This document shows, piece by piece, positions 1-9,707 of a stretch of 64,000 nucleotides of DNA. The notes beneath the pieces were generated by a model that saw nothing but the letters and a program-made list of their open reading frames with translations, was not told the DNA's origin and made no database searches. Every line of letters begins with the position of its first letter. The first letter of the stretch is position 1. Position numbers and translations under genes: made by a program. The DNA is from Candidatus Latescibacterota bacterium (GTDB taxonomy: Bacteria; Krumholzibacteriota; Krumholzibacteriia; WVZY01), in NCBI GenBank assembly GCA_963791045.1, contig CAWBQK010000009.1, forward strand, positions 64,001 through 128,000. The letters run 5' to 3'.

Positions 1-2
1 CC

Positions 3-425
3 TCGACCGGTATCTGGTCCAAGACCCCATACGGGACAAAAAATATCCCGAAAACAGAAGCCGACAACGCGATCAAGAGTTGGTTGTCGTTCGAGAGCGT
101 CAAACGGATCGACGCGTGGGGCGAGCCTCTCTCCCGCCCGCTCACAGAGAATCTCGAGATCACACCGGTCGAGAACCCGCTCATTCTAAAAAACGGCAAG
201 AAACTGCGACTTCTCGTTACATTCGAGGGCCAACCCGTCTCCGGCGTAGCGGTCGGTTATGACGGAGAACCACGCGGTGTCACTGACAAGGATGGCCGCA
301 TTAACATCAAGCTCCGCCACGGCGGATTCCAGCTTGTCCAGGCCTCGCTTCACAGGCCATACGAATCACCCGAAGCGGACGAAGTCATTCACACCACCAA
401 TCTCAATTTTGAGACGGAGCAGTAA
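3..425 (+). CDS. DUF4198-family periplasmic protein of a Ni/Co ECF uptake operon (5'-truncated by window edge)
   Basis: Frame is open from base 3 (STGIWSKTPYGTKN...SFESVK). LEITPVENP, VTFEGQPV and TDKDGRINI motifs are typical of DUF4198; first gene of the nik operon. Confidence 0.75.
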   Translation, partial: STGIWSKTPYGTKNIPKTEADNAIKSWLSFESVKRIDAWGEPLSRPLTENLEITPVENPLILKNGKKLRLLVTFEGQPVSGVAVGYDGEPRGVTDKDGRINIKLRHGGFQLVQASLHRPYESPEADEVIHTTNLNFETEQ

Positions 426-428
426 CCC

Positions 429-860
429 ATGAAAAAGATATGTATCGTCGTCGCGTGTGTTCTTTTGGTGTCGACACTCGTCCATGCCCACGAACTCCGG
501 CGCGCGGTATCCCAAACCGACGCCGTCGTCATTGAGTTGACCTACGCCGACGGGACCCCGTTCGATTTTGAGCAATACGAGATTTATTCGCCCGGCGGCG
601 GGGCGCCCTTTCAGGTGGGACGTAGCGATGCGCACGGTCGCGTGGTGTTCGTTCCCGACGTGGCGGGAGAATGGCGATTGAAAGCGTTTTCGGAGGACGG
701 GCACGGAACTGATTTCACGTTTGAAACCAACGCGGGTGGAAAGGCAATAGGATCGGATCAACCGCTGGTCTGGCGTTATTCGATGATATTCGTTGGCGTC
801 GCCATCATTCTGGGCGCGTTTGGATTGCTTTCACTTTTCTTGAAGAGGAGGACAGGATGA
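429..860 (+). CDS. NikL/CbiL-like accessory component of Ni/Co ECF transporter
   Basis: Signal peptide ending AH, YADGTPF and GRSDAHGRVVFVPD..GEW..DGHG motifs, C-terminal TM helix; operon context. Confidence 0.7.
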   Translation: MKKICIVVACVLLVSTLVHAHELRRAVSQTDAVVIELTYADGTPFDFEQYEIYSPGGGAPFQVGRSDAHGRVVFVPDVAGEWRLKAFSEDGHGTDFTFETNAGGKAIGSDQPLVWRYSMIFVGVAIILGAFGLLSLFLKRRTG

Positions 861-1840
861 GATGGGTTGTTGTGGTGTGTGCGATTCTGGTTCTGAGCTC
901 CGGCGTCGCGAACGCCCATCACGGCGTGGCGTCACTGGGTGTCGCCGGACTCGAAGGACCCGGCGCTCCCCTCGAGACGTCAACATCGGCCACACTGCCA
1001 AGCAATGGCTGGCTGATCTACGGCAAGGTCGATTACGCACGTTTTGAGAAATTCACGCCGGAACTAGATGCTGAGGGCGACTACAACGCTTTCTGGATGT
1101 ACAGCCTCGGATACGGCATCCGCTCCTGGCTGTCTCTTTACTGTTTTGTTCCGTTCTATTCGAAGGTGGTCGAAGACAACTCGTACAACACGACGGGCTT
1201 TGCCGACATTTCACTGATGGGTGTCTTTGGATTCAAATACGACGAGGGTCTCAAACTTACGCGTGACACGGAGAGTCTCGACGACATGGAGGACTGGCAT
1301 TTCACGCTCTACGGCGGAATGAGCCTCCCCACGGGAAACGCAAACATCAAAGACTCCGAAGGCAGCATCGACCCCGGAATGTCCCTCGGATTCGGCCGCC
1401 CGGCGTACCAGGCGGGGTTCACGGCGACAAAACTCTTTGCCCATCGCTTCACGTACGTTCTCGAGGGATCCTACATCGGGTTCACCGAGTACGAATACGA
1501 TGACGGCAGCAAGGTACAGTTTGGCGAAGAACTTCGACTGAATAACGCGTTTGTCGCAAAGCTCCTCACCAAACCCAGCGCGAAGTTCAGACTCGACGGG
1601 ATTCTTGAGGCGGACTACCTGAGCCTGGGACGCGACAAGCTAAACGGCGAGGGTGAACTTGCCACCGGCGGCGACATGCTTTACATCGTACCGGGCCTGC
1701 GAATTTTTTACAAAAACACGAGCCTCGCCGGCGGCGTCAAACTCCCGGTCTGGACCGACCTCAACGAAGACGATCTCCAGCAGGGCGCCGAGGGCAAGGA
1801 AAACTACCGCGCGATCGTCACGTTGTCGGTCCTTTTGTAG
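857..1840 (+). CDS. Outer-membrane beta-barrel transporter (MetA-pathway/SphA-like), putative Ni channel
   Basis: Signal peptide, mature N-terminus HHG, GFADISL and SLPTG motifs, alternating beta-strand pattern; ATGA overlap with the upstream gene. Confidence 0.65.
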   Translation: MRWVVVVCAILVLSSGVANAHHGVASLGVAGLEGPGAPLETSTSATLPSNGWLIYGKVDYARFEKFTPELDAEGDYNAFWMYSLGYGIRSWLSLYCFVPFYSKVVEDNSYNTTGFADISLMGVFGFKYDEGLKLTRDTESLDDMEDWHFTLYGGMSLPTGNANIKDSEGSIDPGMSLGFGRPAYQAGFTATKLFAHRFTYVLEGSYIGFTEYEYDDGSKVQFGEELRLNNAFVAKLLTKPSAKFRLDGILEADYLSLGRDKLNGEGELATGGDMLYIVPGLRIFYKNTSLAGGVKLPVWTDLNEDDLQQGAEGKENYRAIVTLSVLL

Positions 1841-1855
1841 TAAACGGAGACACGG

Positions 1856-2497
1856 GTGCACATTCCCGACGGATTCATATCACCAAAGGTTTACATCCCG
1901 GCCTACGCCGCCGCCGCGGGGCTGTGGGTGTATGCGGCGCGGCGGGTCAAGCGGGGTCTTAGCGAAGAGGCGCTCCCGCTCATCGCGGTAATCACGGCGC
2001 TTGCCTTCGTGTTGATGATGATTGCCATCCCGCTTCCCGGCGGCACCTCGGTGCACGCTTCCGGAATCGGCGTCCTCGCCGTTTTGTTCGGCGTGTGGGT
2101 GTCGTTTTTGTCGATCTCGATGGTACTCATGATCCAGGCGCTCCTCTTCGGCGTGGGAGGCATCACGTCGCTGCCCATCAACGCGATCGCGATGGGGCTC
2201 GCCGGTGGTTTCGCCGCCGCGGTCGGCTTCCGATTGATCAAGAACCTCTCGATGAAAGCCGCATTGTTCCTGGCCGGGTGGCTCGCCGTGGTGGTACCGG
2301 CGATCATCCTCGCCGTTGTCCTCGGCTTGCAGCCGGCAATCGCGCACACCGCCGACGGCACACCACTATTTTTTCCGTTTGGAATCAATATCACGCTCCC
2401 CGCCGTTACGATTCCACATGCACTCGTCGGCATCGGCGAAGGCGTGCTTACCGTTCTCGTGTATCAGTTCGTCACACGCTTGAGGAAGAAATCGTGA
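1856..2497 (+). CDS. nikM: ECF transporter S component NikM/CbiM
   Basis: N-terminus MHIPDGF (Ni-type signature), GGTSVH and QALLFG motifs, multiple TM helices. Confidence 0.9.
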   Translation: MHIPDGFISPKVYIPAYAAAAGLWVYAARRVKRGLSEEALPLIAVITALAFVLMMIAIPLPGGTSVHASGIGVLAVLFGVWVSFLSISMVLMIQALLFGVGGITSLPINAIAMGLAGGFAAAVGFRLIKNLSMKAALFLAGWLAVVVPAIILAVVLGLQPAIAHTADGTPLFFPFGINITLPAVTIPHALVGIGEGVLTVLVYQFVTRLRKKS

Positions 2498-3048
2498 ACA
2501 GACAAACAGCGATCCTCATCGTCTACCTCACCGTGGTGTTCGCCATCACTATGATTCACAATGCCGCGGCGCTTGCCGTCGCGCTGTTCGGAGCGATCAT
2601 CTTCGCCGGCGCTCGTCGTTGGCCGATCGCACGTCGATCGCTACTCGCCATCGTGCTTTTTAATTCGGTCGTAACGGTCTCGTACATACTGCTGACAATA
2701 TTTCAGGGTGGATTCTCTTTCTATTTTGTTGTGTTGATAAATGTCCGCGTATTTCTTCTGACGTACCTGACATTTCTTGTGGTCGAACGGGTGAATCCAT
2801 TCAAGGCCCTGGCGTTTTCAAACACACTCTCCTATCTCTTTTCCCTGGCCTACGGACACATCATCACATTTCGCCGTTTGTACGACGATTTCCGCCTGGC
2901 GCTGAAGAGCAGAACGATGAAACGCGCCCGCACGCGGGATCTCTACCGTCACGGGGCGGCAACCGGGGCGTTCTTTCTCCAGAAATCGCTCCACGACACG
3001 ACTGAAATCACCGAGGCAATGAAATCACGGGGGTTCTTCAATGATTAG
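2494..3048 (+). CDS. nikQ: ECF transporter T component NikQ/CbiQ
   Basis: GTG at 2494 overlaps the nikM stop (GTGA); hydrophobic; ALKSR and AMKSRGF coupling motifs. Confidence 0.85.
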   Translation: MNRQTAILIVYLTVVFAITMIHNAAALAVALFGAIIFAGARRWPIARRSLLAIVLFNSVVTVSYILLTIFQGGFSFYFVVLINVRVFLLTYLTFLVVERVNPFKALAFSNTLSYLFSLAYGHIITFRRLYDDFRLALKSRTMKRARTRDLYRHGAATGAFFLQKSLHDTTEITEAMKSRGFFND

Positions 3049-3817
3049 CGTCGAGGGTCTCGGCCACGCGTACAACGGTGACGAGTTGATCCTCAAAGGA
3101 GTGACCTTTGCCGTAGAGCCAGGAGAAAAGGTGGTTCTTCTGGGGACAAACGGGTGCGGCAAATCCTCGCTTCTCAAGATATTGAACGGGTTGATTTCAC
3201 CACGCGAAGGTCGCTTCAACTATAAAGACGAGATAATCACGCCGGCGCTTCTCAAAGACGCGTCATTCAACCGCCGCTTCCGCCGTGAGGTCGTCCTACT
3301 CTTTCAAAACCCCGACGCGATGCTCTTTAACCCGACCGTCTTCGATGAAATCGCCTTCGGCCTTCGCCAGCTCGGAATCGATTCCGTAGACGACCGCGTC
3401 AAATACTGGGCGGATCAATTCGATCTCACACGTTATCTCGACCGGGTACCCTTTCAACTGAGCCGGGGGGAAAAGCAAAAGGTATGTCTCGCGTCGCTTC
3501 TCGCTATCGAGCCCGAATTCCTCCTTCTCGATGAACCGACGGCGAACCTCGACCCGCGGAGCACCGGATGGCTTGTCGACTACCTTCAGGATATTGAGAT
3601 GACAACACTCGTCACCACCCACAACCTCGGAATCGCTTCGGAGCTTGGCGACCGCACGCTTGTGTTATCCGAGACTCACGAACTGATCTATGACGGCAAG
3701 ATCGACGATCTCCTCGGCGACACAGACAAGCTCATCGCCGCGAATCTCGTTCACGTCCACAAACACAAACACGGCGATGTCGAGCACCGCCACTATCACA
3801 CCCACGACTGGGAGTAG
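3041..3817 (+). CDS. nikO: ECF transporter ATPase NikO/CbiO with His-rich tail
   Basis: Walker [15 protein letters not shown]-loop, LLLDEPT Walker B; C-terminal [18 protein letters not shown]. Confidence 0.9.
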   Translation: MISVEGLGHAYNGDELILKGVTFAVEPGEKVVLLGTNGCGKSSLLKILNGLISPREGRFNYKDEIITPALLKDASFNRRFRREVVLLFQNPDAMLFNPTVFDEIAFGLRQLGIDSVDDRVKYWADQFDLTRYLDRVPFQLSRGEKQKVCLASLLAIEPEFLLLDEPTANLDPRSTGWLVDYLQDIEMTTLVTTHNLGIASELGDRTLVLSETHELIYDGKIDDLLGDTDKLIAANLVHVHKHKHGDVEHRHYHTHDWE

Positions 3818-3821
3818 GAAC

Positions 3822-4244
3822 ATGGCCAGGAAGGATGACACCATCCGTTTTACCGTGTCTTTGCCCGAAAAGCTATTCAAGGAGCTGGACAAACGCGTGA
3901 GCCGGAAAGAATATTCGTCGCGTTCCGAGTTCGTACGCGATCTCATCCGCGAGCAGATCATCGAAACAAAATGGTCGGACAGCTCAGGCGCCGTCGTCGG
4001 CGTCCTGACGATAAGCTTCGACCATCATCAGCGCGGACTCACACAGAAGATACTCGACATCCAGCATAGCAAGTTTGTCAACATCCTGTGCTCGACCCAC
4101 GTTCACATGGATCACCACAACTGCCTCGAAGTCATCATCATCAAGGGGAAGCCGCCCGAAATCGAGCGTATAAAAAATCAAATCGGCGGGCTTCGCGGGG
4201 TCCGCTTTGCCAAACTCACGCGAGCGTCAACAGTTGAGATGTAG
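3822..4244 (+). CDS. nikR: Nickel-responsive transcriptional regulator NikR
   Basis: Ribbon-helix-helix RFTVSLP...[11 protein letters not shown]; Ni ligands in [14 protein letters not shown] at 3822. Confidence 0.95.
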   Translation: MARKDDTIRFTVSLPEKLFKELDKRVSRKEYSSRSEFVRDLIREQIIETKWSDSSGAVVGVLTISFDHHQRGLTQKILDIQHSKFVNILCSTHVHMDHHNCLEVIIIKGKPPEIERIKNQIGGLRGVRFAKLTRASTVEM

Positions 4245-4258
4245 CGGCCAGGGGCGGA

Positions 4259-5944
4259 TCAGAAGAAGAATTTGACCTGAGCACATGCCACGGAAGCGGC
4301 GTTGAAGGAGCCAACGTTTGTTGCCGTCAACACATCGATGGCAAGCCTGTCCCGAAATATGAACCCAAAACCCATGTTGAGATTGAGCGTCGTGCCGTAT
4401 GTGATCTGATGGTCGGTACTCCAATACGACAGGTTTTCATCGGGTTCCGCTATCTCGAGCAGACCGATCTCTCGCTCGAGCTCCCCACTCGTGTCGAGAC
4501 GCGTTGCGCGTATCTGCGTACCGAAGCGCCAGGCCACATTGCGGTGAAGATTCCACTCCACTCCCATTGGCAAAACCAGCAGCCAGTATTCCCTCGTGTA
4601 GGCGGCCCGCTGGTTGTAGGCGGATTCATACGAGCCCGGCGTGCCCCCGCCGTCGACGGAAATGACACCCGTTCCAATGCCGTCCTCTTCAAACTCCTGG
4701 TAGTCGATCTTGGCGCGTACACCAAACGCGAATTGAAGCTTCTCTGTGATGGTGTCTATAAACGCGACGGAATGATCCGTTGAAAACCAGGTGGCGGTGC
4801 CATCCAAATCATATGACACGGCCACGGATTCTTCGTAAACGCTTACTTCGGACTCGTAGTAATCATTCTCGGTAATTCCCGTCCCGTCGCCATTTGATTC
4901 CCCCCATGAAACCCGGTGGAAGCTCCGAACACGATCGCCCCATCTAAATCCCAATCGGCCGAACAACAGGTAACTATCGTAAGAACGGGTCGCATCGTAT
5001 GTCTTATTGTTGGAACTGTAACCAGGTGTCGGGTCATCCCAGTAACCCAACCCGTTGCGGTCGTAATCTTCGTCATGGACGGCCAACAAGTAACTGTCGT
5101 TGGTGAGTCTCTCACTTTGAACGACGCCCCCGAGGACGGCCTGTGCAAAGAAGCCCGAGTTTCGAGCCAATCCCAGGGACAGTTGGGCTGTCGCCCTCTC
5201 AAAATCGCCTGTGTCGCGGTCGTAACTATAATTCCTGATCAACTCGCTGAAATCCGGAGAACCGGTGTCAATTCTCTCATCGGCCCACACCCGGCCGTAT
5301 CCCATATCGTCATAACTCGCCCTGATGCGCACTCCAACCCTCAATCCGTCGGATTGAGGATCGCCCGTTCCCAACGCGGCATCGGCAACGAAGTGATAGA
5401 GACTGGATTCCCTCCCGTTTGCATCGCCATCCAACCTCACATCGCGATTCCCGTTTCCAGACACGTTGACCTGAAGGACCTCCCAGCTTTGCAAATTGTC
5501 GTCACCTTTGGCCGCCGCTTCCAAAGAGAACGATAGCTTGGTTGATTTGGTCAACGGGGTGACAAAACCGACGGTGTATGGAGTGTAGGATCGCTGCCAT
5601 TCGTAGCGCATGTCGCCCGGAACCTTCTCGGGTGGAAGCGTTGTGCTCCCATACGACGACATTCCGGAGTTGTCGGGGTAGTAGAATGTCAAAGGTTTGA
5701 CGGGCAGACTCCCCGCGTATATCTGGCTGTCCCTCAGATCACCGACGCGCGCGGGGTTGAGGAAGGCGGCCGTTTGCGGATCATCGATGAGACCAGCGAA
5801 GCTGTCTCCAAGGGAAAAGATCCGCAATGAATAGCTGGTCTGGGCGAGAGCAGGGCCGCCAGCCACCCCGGCGATGAATACCAGCACCGCTGCGCAGAGC
5901 GATATTCGCAGAGCTTTGTTTCTGACTGAGAGGTAACGGTGCAT
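4259..5944 (-). CDS. Hypothetical secreted/outer-membrane beta-barrel protein
   Basis: Signal peptide (ALA-Q), FadL-like NPA motif near the N-terminus, aromatic-rich strands, terminal Phe. Confidence 0.6.
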   Translation of the reverse strand: MHRYLSVRNKALRISLCAAVLVFIAGVAGGPALAQTSYSLRIFSLGDSFAGLIDDPQTAAFLNPARVGDLRDSQIYAGSLPVKPLTFYYPDNSGMSSYGSTTLPPEKVPGDMRYEWQRSYTPYTVGFVTPLTKSTKLSFSLEAAAKGDDNLQSWEVLQVNVSGNGNRDVRLDGDANGRESSLYHFVADAALGTGDPQSDGLRVGVRIRASYDDMGYGRVWADERIDTGSPDFSELIRNYSYDRDTGDFERATAQLSLGLARNSGFFAQAVLGGVVQSERLTNDSYLLAVHDEDYDRNGLGYWDDPTPGYSSNNKTYDATRSYDSYLLFGRLGFRWGDRVRSFHRVSWGESNGDGTGITENDYYESEVSVYEESVAVSYDLDGTATWFSTDHSVAFIDTITEKLQFAFGVRAKIDYQEFEEDGIGTGVISVDGGGTPGSYESAYNQRAAYTREYWLLVLPMGVEWNLHRNVAWRFGTQIRATRLDTSGELEREIGLLEIAEPDENLSYWSTDHQITYGTTLNLNMGFGFIFRDRLAIDVLTATNVGSFNAASVACAQVKFFF

Positions 5945-6102
5945 TCAGACCCACTGATGTTACGAAAGCCACGAAAAGCCCAGCTCCGCCGTGGGGCGCG
6001 AAAAAGAAGGTGCCGGGACGTTTCGTCAGTATAGCGACCGCCGGATGGCGAGTCCACAAAGAAAGCTGAATTGGCCGCCCGTAATTTAAGCGAGGAAACG
6101 TT

Positions 6103-6213
6103 CTTCTCTCTCATCTTCACAAACTCGTCGCACATGAAAAACAAACAACGCTCTCAATCCTTCTTCATCTCGCCGAGGTCGATCGAAGAGATCTTCACCT
6201 CGAGTACGGGTTT
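6103..6213 (+). pseudogene. Fragment of the DUF222-like/HNH gene (homologous to 45165..45275)
   Basis: Reads LLSHLHKLVAHEKQTTLSILLHLAEVDRRDLHLEYGF versus LLSRLHKLVAREKQTTLSILLHLAEVERRDLYLEYGF. Hand alignment gives 33/37 aa and 95/111 nt identical. No start codon; in-frame TAA at 6082. Confidence 0.85.
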
Positions 6214-6307
6214 AGACTCTCAATTCGTCACCGCAGGCTCGGCCAGAGAAAAACCCGTGCGGACCTTTAACGATCCACACGGGCTTTTTGTCAATTCTGT
6301 CGCAAGA

Positions 6308-7198
6308 CTACGGGCAGACGATGTTGTTCTGTTGGGTGTCCCAGCAGGCCTTCTCGTAGTTGTTGTAATCCGGAACCTGAAGGCTTCCCGATCCATCGAA
6401 GTACCACGTGACGTTGTAGATCTCGGGAATCGACACGTCGGTAAGCTCGATGTAGTTCATCGCCGGAGAGTCGAAGAACACAACATTGTTGCCCTCGTCG
6501 GGGGACCCCGGATAGTTGCACAGAAGCGTCAGTTTGTGAACGTCACCAGGCAGGTTCTCCCAATCGATCCGCAGTGACTGCTCACCGGTCGTCTGCATCG
6601 CGGCCGCGGCGAGGAGAATCTCATCGGCGTTGGGTTCGTAGAACTGCCAGTAACCGGACACGTTGCTCTTCATCGCCTCACCGGTGAACCACACGAAATG
6701 ATCTAGCGGCATCTCGGGATTGTTGGTTGATACTTCCATCCGCCACACCGTGCTCACACCCGCATCCTTCCCATAGAGGAAGATGGCGTATTCGATATCA
6801 CCCTCGACAAAGATATAGGTCCACAGATAGGACCCATCATCCTGCGGCTGCGGAACCGAGTGGATGGCCAGCGCAAACGCGGCAACCGGCGGTTCGAGCG
6901 CGGCCCAGAACGTGAGCTGAATATAGAAAGCACGAACGGCTGCCTCGATGAAGTTCTGCTTGTTCGTTTCCGCAAGCGCCATCCCGTCGATGCTTCCCTT
7001 CTCCACCATCTGCGGCGTGACCTGGGCCTGATCGAAGAACGACAGGTCTACCGACATCGTCGACATGGCGGGGAGCGCGGGGGCCTGTTCTTCAACCGGC
7101 GCCGCGGGGTTATCGTCGCTGTTGCACGCCTGGACTCCCACCAGCGCGATCGCAAGAACGATGAACATTCCCGCTCTGATTGTAAGACGACTCAACAT
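6308..7198 (-). CDS. Hypothetical lipoprotein
   Basis: AGGAGG RBS before ATG 7198; lipobox VQAC; acidic and aromatic mature domain. Confidence 0.75.
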   Translation of the reverse strand: MLSRLTIRAGMFIVLAIALVGVQACNSDDNPAAPVEEQAPALPAMSTMSVDLSFFDQAQVTPQMVEKGSIDGMALAETNKQNFIEAAVRAFYIQLTFWAALEPPVAAFALAIHSVPQPQDDGSYLWTYIFVEGDIEYAIFLYGKDAGVSTVWRMEVSTNNPEMPLDHFVWFTGEAMKSNVSGYWQFYEPNADEILLAAAAMQTTGEQSLRIDWENLPGDVHKLTLLCNYPGSPDEGNNVVFFDSPAMNYIELTDVSIPEIYNVTWYFDGSGSLQVPDYNNYEKACWDTQQNNIVCP

Positions 7199-7265
7199 TT
7201 CAAACCTCCTGGATACGTCAGCAATTTCTTTTCTTGATTTAGTCTTCTTGCTTGCCCATTGACAA

Positions 7266-7281
7266 AGCACGTTGCGTGCCA
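7266..7281 (-). promoter_or_regulatory. Sigma-54 (-24/-12) promoter
   Basis: Minus strand TGGCACG-CAAC-GTGCT with GG-N10-GC spacing, ~70 nt upstream of the lipoprotein start. Confidence 0.75.
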
Positions 7282-7413
7282 GACGCGAAAAATCATAACC
7301 CATTAATAATACATTAGTTACAAAAACGCAGTTCCGCTAAAAATAGTGATAATCGGATACAGGTGTGGCCGCCGGGCAACACCCGACGGCCACGAAGAAA
7401 GAACGAGGAGCGA

Positions 7414-8070
7414 TTAGAAAAAGTAGGACATCGAGAGGCCAAGAGAGCTCTGCGAGCCCTCCTCGTCGATCTCGGTACTGAAACTGTTTTCGCCAAAATC
7501 GATCGTGGCCTCGTTGTAGTTGATAATATTGTGGGTGAAATCAACACCCAGCCCGAAGTGCCGCGAAAAGATATAATCGAATCCGCCGCCAAATGCGATC
7601 CCACCGCCGGAGATGTCGGCCGACACACTGCCTTCATTGAGTCCAAGCCCGTATCCGCCCAACCCACCTTTGATATAGGGCCTGAACGAGTTCTCCGGGA
7701 CAAACCGGTAGACGGCAAATAGACGAACGAAGCCGATGGCGGCATCGATTCTGGGATCCGACGTTTCGTGGCCCGCGGCGCCGGCGGAGAGTTCGAGAGC
7801 GAAGACACCGTTGAAATGGTATCCGCCAATAAACTCGAAGCCACCGCCATCGTCTTTGACGAAGAACACATCGTTCTCGGCCTCATCCACGTGGAGCGAC
7901 GAACCGATAAAGCGGAGGCCAAGATAGAATCCCTTGTCCATTTTCTCTTTTTCTTCAACATCGTGCGCCAGCACGCTTGCCGGGAGCGCCGCGGCAAAGA
8001 CGAACAACGCGGTCAAACCCGCCAACAATGCTTTCCTGAAAAATCCTCTTTGAAACAAACGCGTCATCAT
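7414..8070 (-). CDS. Small outer-membrane beta-barrel protein (OmpA/OMP_b-brl-like)
   Basis: GAGGTG RBS, signal peptide, GFYLG and RPYIKGGLG strands, C-terminal SYFF. Confidence 0.8.
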   Translation of the reverse strand: MMTRLFQRGFFRKALLAGLTALFVFAAALPASVLAHDVEEKEKMDKGFYLGLRFIGSSLHVDEAENDVFFVKDDGGGFEFIGGYHFNGVFALELSAGAAGHETSDPRIDAAIGFVRLFAVYRFVPENSFRPYIKGGLGGYGLGLNEGSVSADISGGGIAFGGGFDYIFSRHFGLGVDFTHNIINYNEATIDFGENSFSTEIDEEGSQSSLGLSMSYFF

Positions 8071-8143
8071 TTCGAACACCTCTTTTTTGTTCCCGTCATC
8101 CTGACACCCGGAATCCCTCATCATGCTTGCAATATATCCATTA

Positions 8144-8159
8144 ACCAACAAACGTGCCA
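8144..8159 (-). promoter_or_regulatory. Near-consensus sigma-54 promoter
   Basis: Minus strand TGGCACG-TTTG-TTGGT: perfect -24 element, TTGG instead of TTGC at -12. Confidence 0.5.
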
Positions 8160-8272
8160 TATTCGTCATGTTTTCGTAAATTCATAACCCTCTATTCTAC
8201 AACCAGTTACTCGACCACAACTCGATCCGGGCATTGTGATTGAGTGTGCCTTCCAATCACACACCGTGTCGT

Positions 8273-9667
8273 TCATTCACGCTCACCCTTGGTAATCTCA
8301 AGGGTCTTCATCTTTTTGTGGAGGTTGGTTCGCTCGAGTCCAAGCTCGTCCGCCGAGCGCGACACATTCCAATCGTTTCTCTCGAGAGTTTTCATTATTA
8401 ACTCACGCTCGAACCGCCGCCGCGCCTCCTGGAGCGGAACACCCAGATCCGCCGATGGCAAACCCGGGGCCGACTCCCGATCGCCACCTCCCACCACGGC
8501 ATTACCCATACGGATCTCGACACTGAGGTCACCGGCACTCAAGACTCCCCCGGCGGCCATAATCGCCATCCGTTCGACCTGGTTTTTGAGTTCCCTCACG
8601 TTGCCCGGCCACGGATATCTGACGAGTAGATCCATCGCCTCCGGATCGATCATTTTTCGCGGCATGTCGTACTGTTCGCAATACTCGTCCAGAAAAGTCT
8701 GCGCGAGGTACGGGATGTCGTCGGGTCGGGAACGAAGCGGCGGCGCCATAATCGGCACCACATTCAGACGAAAATAGAGATCCTCTCTAACACGGCCCGC
8801 GGCAACCTCCGCCGGCAGATCTTTGTTGGTCGCCGTGATCACACGAACATTCACTTTGATGACTTTGCTGCTCCCCACCTTCTCAATTTCGCCTTCCTGG
8901 AGCGCGCGGAGGACCTTGGTCTGGACACGAAGACTCATGTCGGCGACCTCGTCGAGAAAAAGCGTTCCACCATCGGCCGCCTCGAACTTGCCCTTTCGCC
9001 GCTCGGTCGCGCCGGTGTATGCGCCCTTCTCGCTTCCAAACAACTCCGCTTCGATAAGTTCCTCGGGAATCGCCGCGCAGTTGACTTTGATAAACGCGCG
9101 CCCCTTGCGCCGGCTCCTGTCGTGGATCGCCTGCGCGAGAAGTTCCTTTCCCGTCCCCGATTCACCCAGGACGAGAACCCTCGCGTCGGTCGGCGCCACC
9201 TTGTCGATCTGAGCGAGGATCTTTTTGACCTCCGGGCATCTTCCGAGAAACTCGCGCCGCCCCAACACCTTTTTCTTCAACATGATGTTTTCGCGTGCGA
9301 GTGTGCGTCTCTCGAGGGCATTCTTCGACGTGAGCAGAATCTTTTCCTTGCCGCAGTCTTTTTCGAGAAAATCAAACGCGCCGAGCTTGACCGCTTCTAC
9401 GGCCCGTTCGATCGAACCCTGCCCCGTAAGGATAACCACGATCTGGTCGGGGAGCCGTTTTTTGATTTCAGCGAGACCTTCGATTCCGTCGCGACCGGGC
9501 ATGGAGAGATCCATAAAGATCACGTCAAACGCCTCGTCGGAAAGTATCGCCAGCGCCTCGTCCACGTCTCCCGCCGTCCGGGTGTCCCACCCGGCATTCT
9601 GATGGATCATTTCGAGGGTGCGCCGTATGTTTTTTTCGTCGTCGACGATCAGCACGCGTCCGGCCAT
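8273..9667 (-). CDS. Sigma-54-dependent response regulator (NtrC/NtrX family: REC-AAA+-HTH)
   Basis: VLIVDDE and DLSMP receiver, GESGTGKE Walker A, GAYTGA loop, LFLDEV, PWPGNVREL, Fis-type HTH; AGGAG RBS. Confidence 0.95.
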   Translation of the reverse strand: MAGRVLIVDDEKNIRRTLEMIHQNAGWDTRTAGDVDEALAILSDEAFDVIFMDLSMPGRDGIEGLAEIKKRLPDQIVVILTGQGSIERAVEAVKLGAFDFLEKDCGKEKILLTSKNALERRTLARENIMLKKKVLGRREFLGRCPEVKKILAQIDKVAPTDARVLVLGESGTGKELLAQAIHDRSRRKGRAFIKVNCAAIPEELIEAELFGSEKGAYTGATERRKGKFEAADGGTLFLDEVADMSLRVQTKVLRALQEGEIEKVGSSKVIKVNVRVITATNKDLPAEVAAGRVREDLYFRLNVVPIMAPPLRSRPDDIPYLAQTFLDEYCEQYDMPRKMIDPEAMDLLVRYPWPGNVRELKNQVERMAIMAAGGVLSAGDLSVEIRMGNAVVGGGDRESAPGLPSADLGVPLQEARRRFERELIMKTLERNDWNVSRSADELGLERTNLHKKMKTLEITKGERE

Positions 9668-9707
9668 TTTCACAGCTCCTGTTATTGTTTCATTCGATAC
9701 TGAGTTG

